A stretch of DNA of 64,000 nt from Macrostomum lignano (lineage: Eukaryota), in the NCBI GenBank assembly GCA_002269645.1, contig NIVC01003876.1, positions 8,652 to 72,651 on the forward strand, written 5' to 3'. Shown here piece after piece: positions 62,631 to 64,000 of this stretch. Within the stretch, counting starts at the first letter, position 1; each line of letters begins with the position of its first letter. Position numbers and translations under genes: made by a program. The notes beneath the pieces are model-generated. The model was not told the origin of the DNA. It did no database searches and worked only from the letters and a program-made list of their open reading frames with translations.

Positions 62631-64000
62631 CTACAGGAAAACAAAAATCGCTCGAGCAGAATTCGCAGGTGCATCATCAGCCAATAGACTCGTAAGCCGG
62701 CACGCAGGGAAATTTTCCACAAATGGCTCGGCAGCTGAGCTGTCAGTGACCGGAGTGGTGTTGGGCGTTGGCTCGGGCCAGCGGCAAATGCGCTCGGGTG
62801 TCCAATACTTCCTGCCGTAGTCCAGGAACAGCTCCACAGATCCGCCGCGCGGCACCAGGATGTCCTTAACCGTCTGAATGTAGAACGACGTCTCACCTTT
62901 CTCGGCGACCAACTCGACGTTGACCTCGTCCGGGTTCGGATGATGATTGATGAAGCGAGCGATGCCGCCCAGGCTGCTGCGCGAGTCGATGCAGAAGTTG
63001 TCGCAGCCCTCGAACACGTAGTAGTAGGCGCGCTGCAGTCCGCGTACCGGCGGTAGATTCGCTGGCGATTGCGAAAGCACCAGTGAACGACATTATGATT
63101 GTTTCTTCCTTACCGATGCAGTCAAGAAGACGCCTTTGCCGGCCTCTGGGACGGTTGACGTCTTCACTTGGATGTTGAACGAGGCCAGATGGCTACGACA
63201 GACCGGATGCGTGAAAGTGCAAATTCTGTTGCAGCCGCGCACTACGCACTCCATCTCGGCAACTGTCTGGCGCTTGCGCAGATCCATGTAGTCCGGGTCC
63301 ATCAGCTGCGGACAGGGCAGAGGGAACAGGATGCGATGCTGGGAGCACATCTCGAGCAGCTGCGGCAGGTGGAAGCTGGGGCACACGGGGAAATTAGGAT
63401 CGTGCACAATGGACCGATAAGCCGGGAACACTGGCCAGTCCTCCGGCTCGATGAAGGACTCAGGCTCCTCTTCTTCTTCCGTTCCCGTGTCCATCGAACG
63501 CGACAGAGGTTTGCTTGCTCGATATCGTACCAATAGTTCTCGCCATAGTCAACAAAGAGCTCGACCTCTCCGCCAGCCGGGACAACAATGTCCTTGCTGC
63601 GTCACTATGCGATAGTGCAGCAGGTCGCGTCGTATTGGAAGAATACGTTGACTTGCTCGGGATCCGGGTTGCTGATTGACGTAGCGTCCAAGGCCGCAGA
63701 TCGTGCTTCGACCGTCCATGGAGTTTTCGTTTGTCAACGCTGATCTTGTAGAAGCTGCGCGTGCCAGCCTCCTCGTAGGCCGCGGCAGTTCATCGTTGGC
63801 CGCAACACGCCAGTGTAGTCCATCAGGAGTGTCTGCCCGAACCGATTTGTAAATGAAGACGCCCAAGCCGGGCTCCGGGATGGTCGATTCTTTCAGGTCG
63901 ACGTGAAAACCAGTGCGCGCGTGATGGTGACAGACCGGGTGTAGGAACTTGCACATCTCTTCGCAGCCGCGAACAACACATGGCAGGCGGTGTATGTCTT
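62631..64000 (-). pseudogene. Intronless tandem [Cys/His knuckle + SET domain] x2 locus with many 1-nt frameshifts (pseudogene or low-quality consensus); 5' end outside the window
   Basis: Unit 1: CVVRGCEEMCKFLHPVCHHH, LKESTIPEPGLGVF, LMDYTG, GLGRYVNQ, PDPEQVNV, KDIVVPAGGEVELFVDYGENYW. Unit 2: CVVRGCNRICTFTHPVCRSH, VKTSTVPEAGKGVF, ETIIMSFTG, IARFINHHPNPDEVNV, KDILVPRGGSVELFLDYGRKYW. The motifs are spread over all three minus-strand frames. Confidence 0.85.

Overview
Eukaryotic (metazoan) genomic DNA: AT-rich intergenic and intronic sequence, GC-rich exons, GT-AG introns and a very high density of micro- and minisatellites. The style resembles the flatworm Macrostomum lignano, but that is inference only. 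Hand-splicing of the ORF fragments gives three multi-exon genes. (1) A minus-strand anion-type Cys-loop ligand-gated channel (GlyR/GluCl-like, 4 exons, 589 aa). (2) A minus-strand ~1,630-aa coiled-coil protein with at least 28 exons, probably FAM186A/B-like. It needs a 7-nt microexon to stay in frame and carries an intronless antisense orphan ORF in one intron. (3) Head-to-head with gene 2, a plus-strand 11-exon, 1,373-aa gene with the architecture Neuralized(NHR)-Roc GTPase-COR-Cys-rich-Death-TIR(catalytic Glu)-CaaX. This is the most striking candidate for an undescribed signalling or innate-immune system. Its second intron holds a 5'-truncated, ORF-intact RTE retrotransposon with a 10-bp TSD. 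At the right edge is an intronless, frameshift-ridden locus of tandem [Cys/His knuckle + SET] units resembling viral or mobile SET proteins; it runs off the window. Most long ORFs in the supplied track are artefacts of stop-free tandem repeats. All family assignments are by motif recognition; no searches were run.
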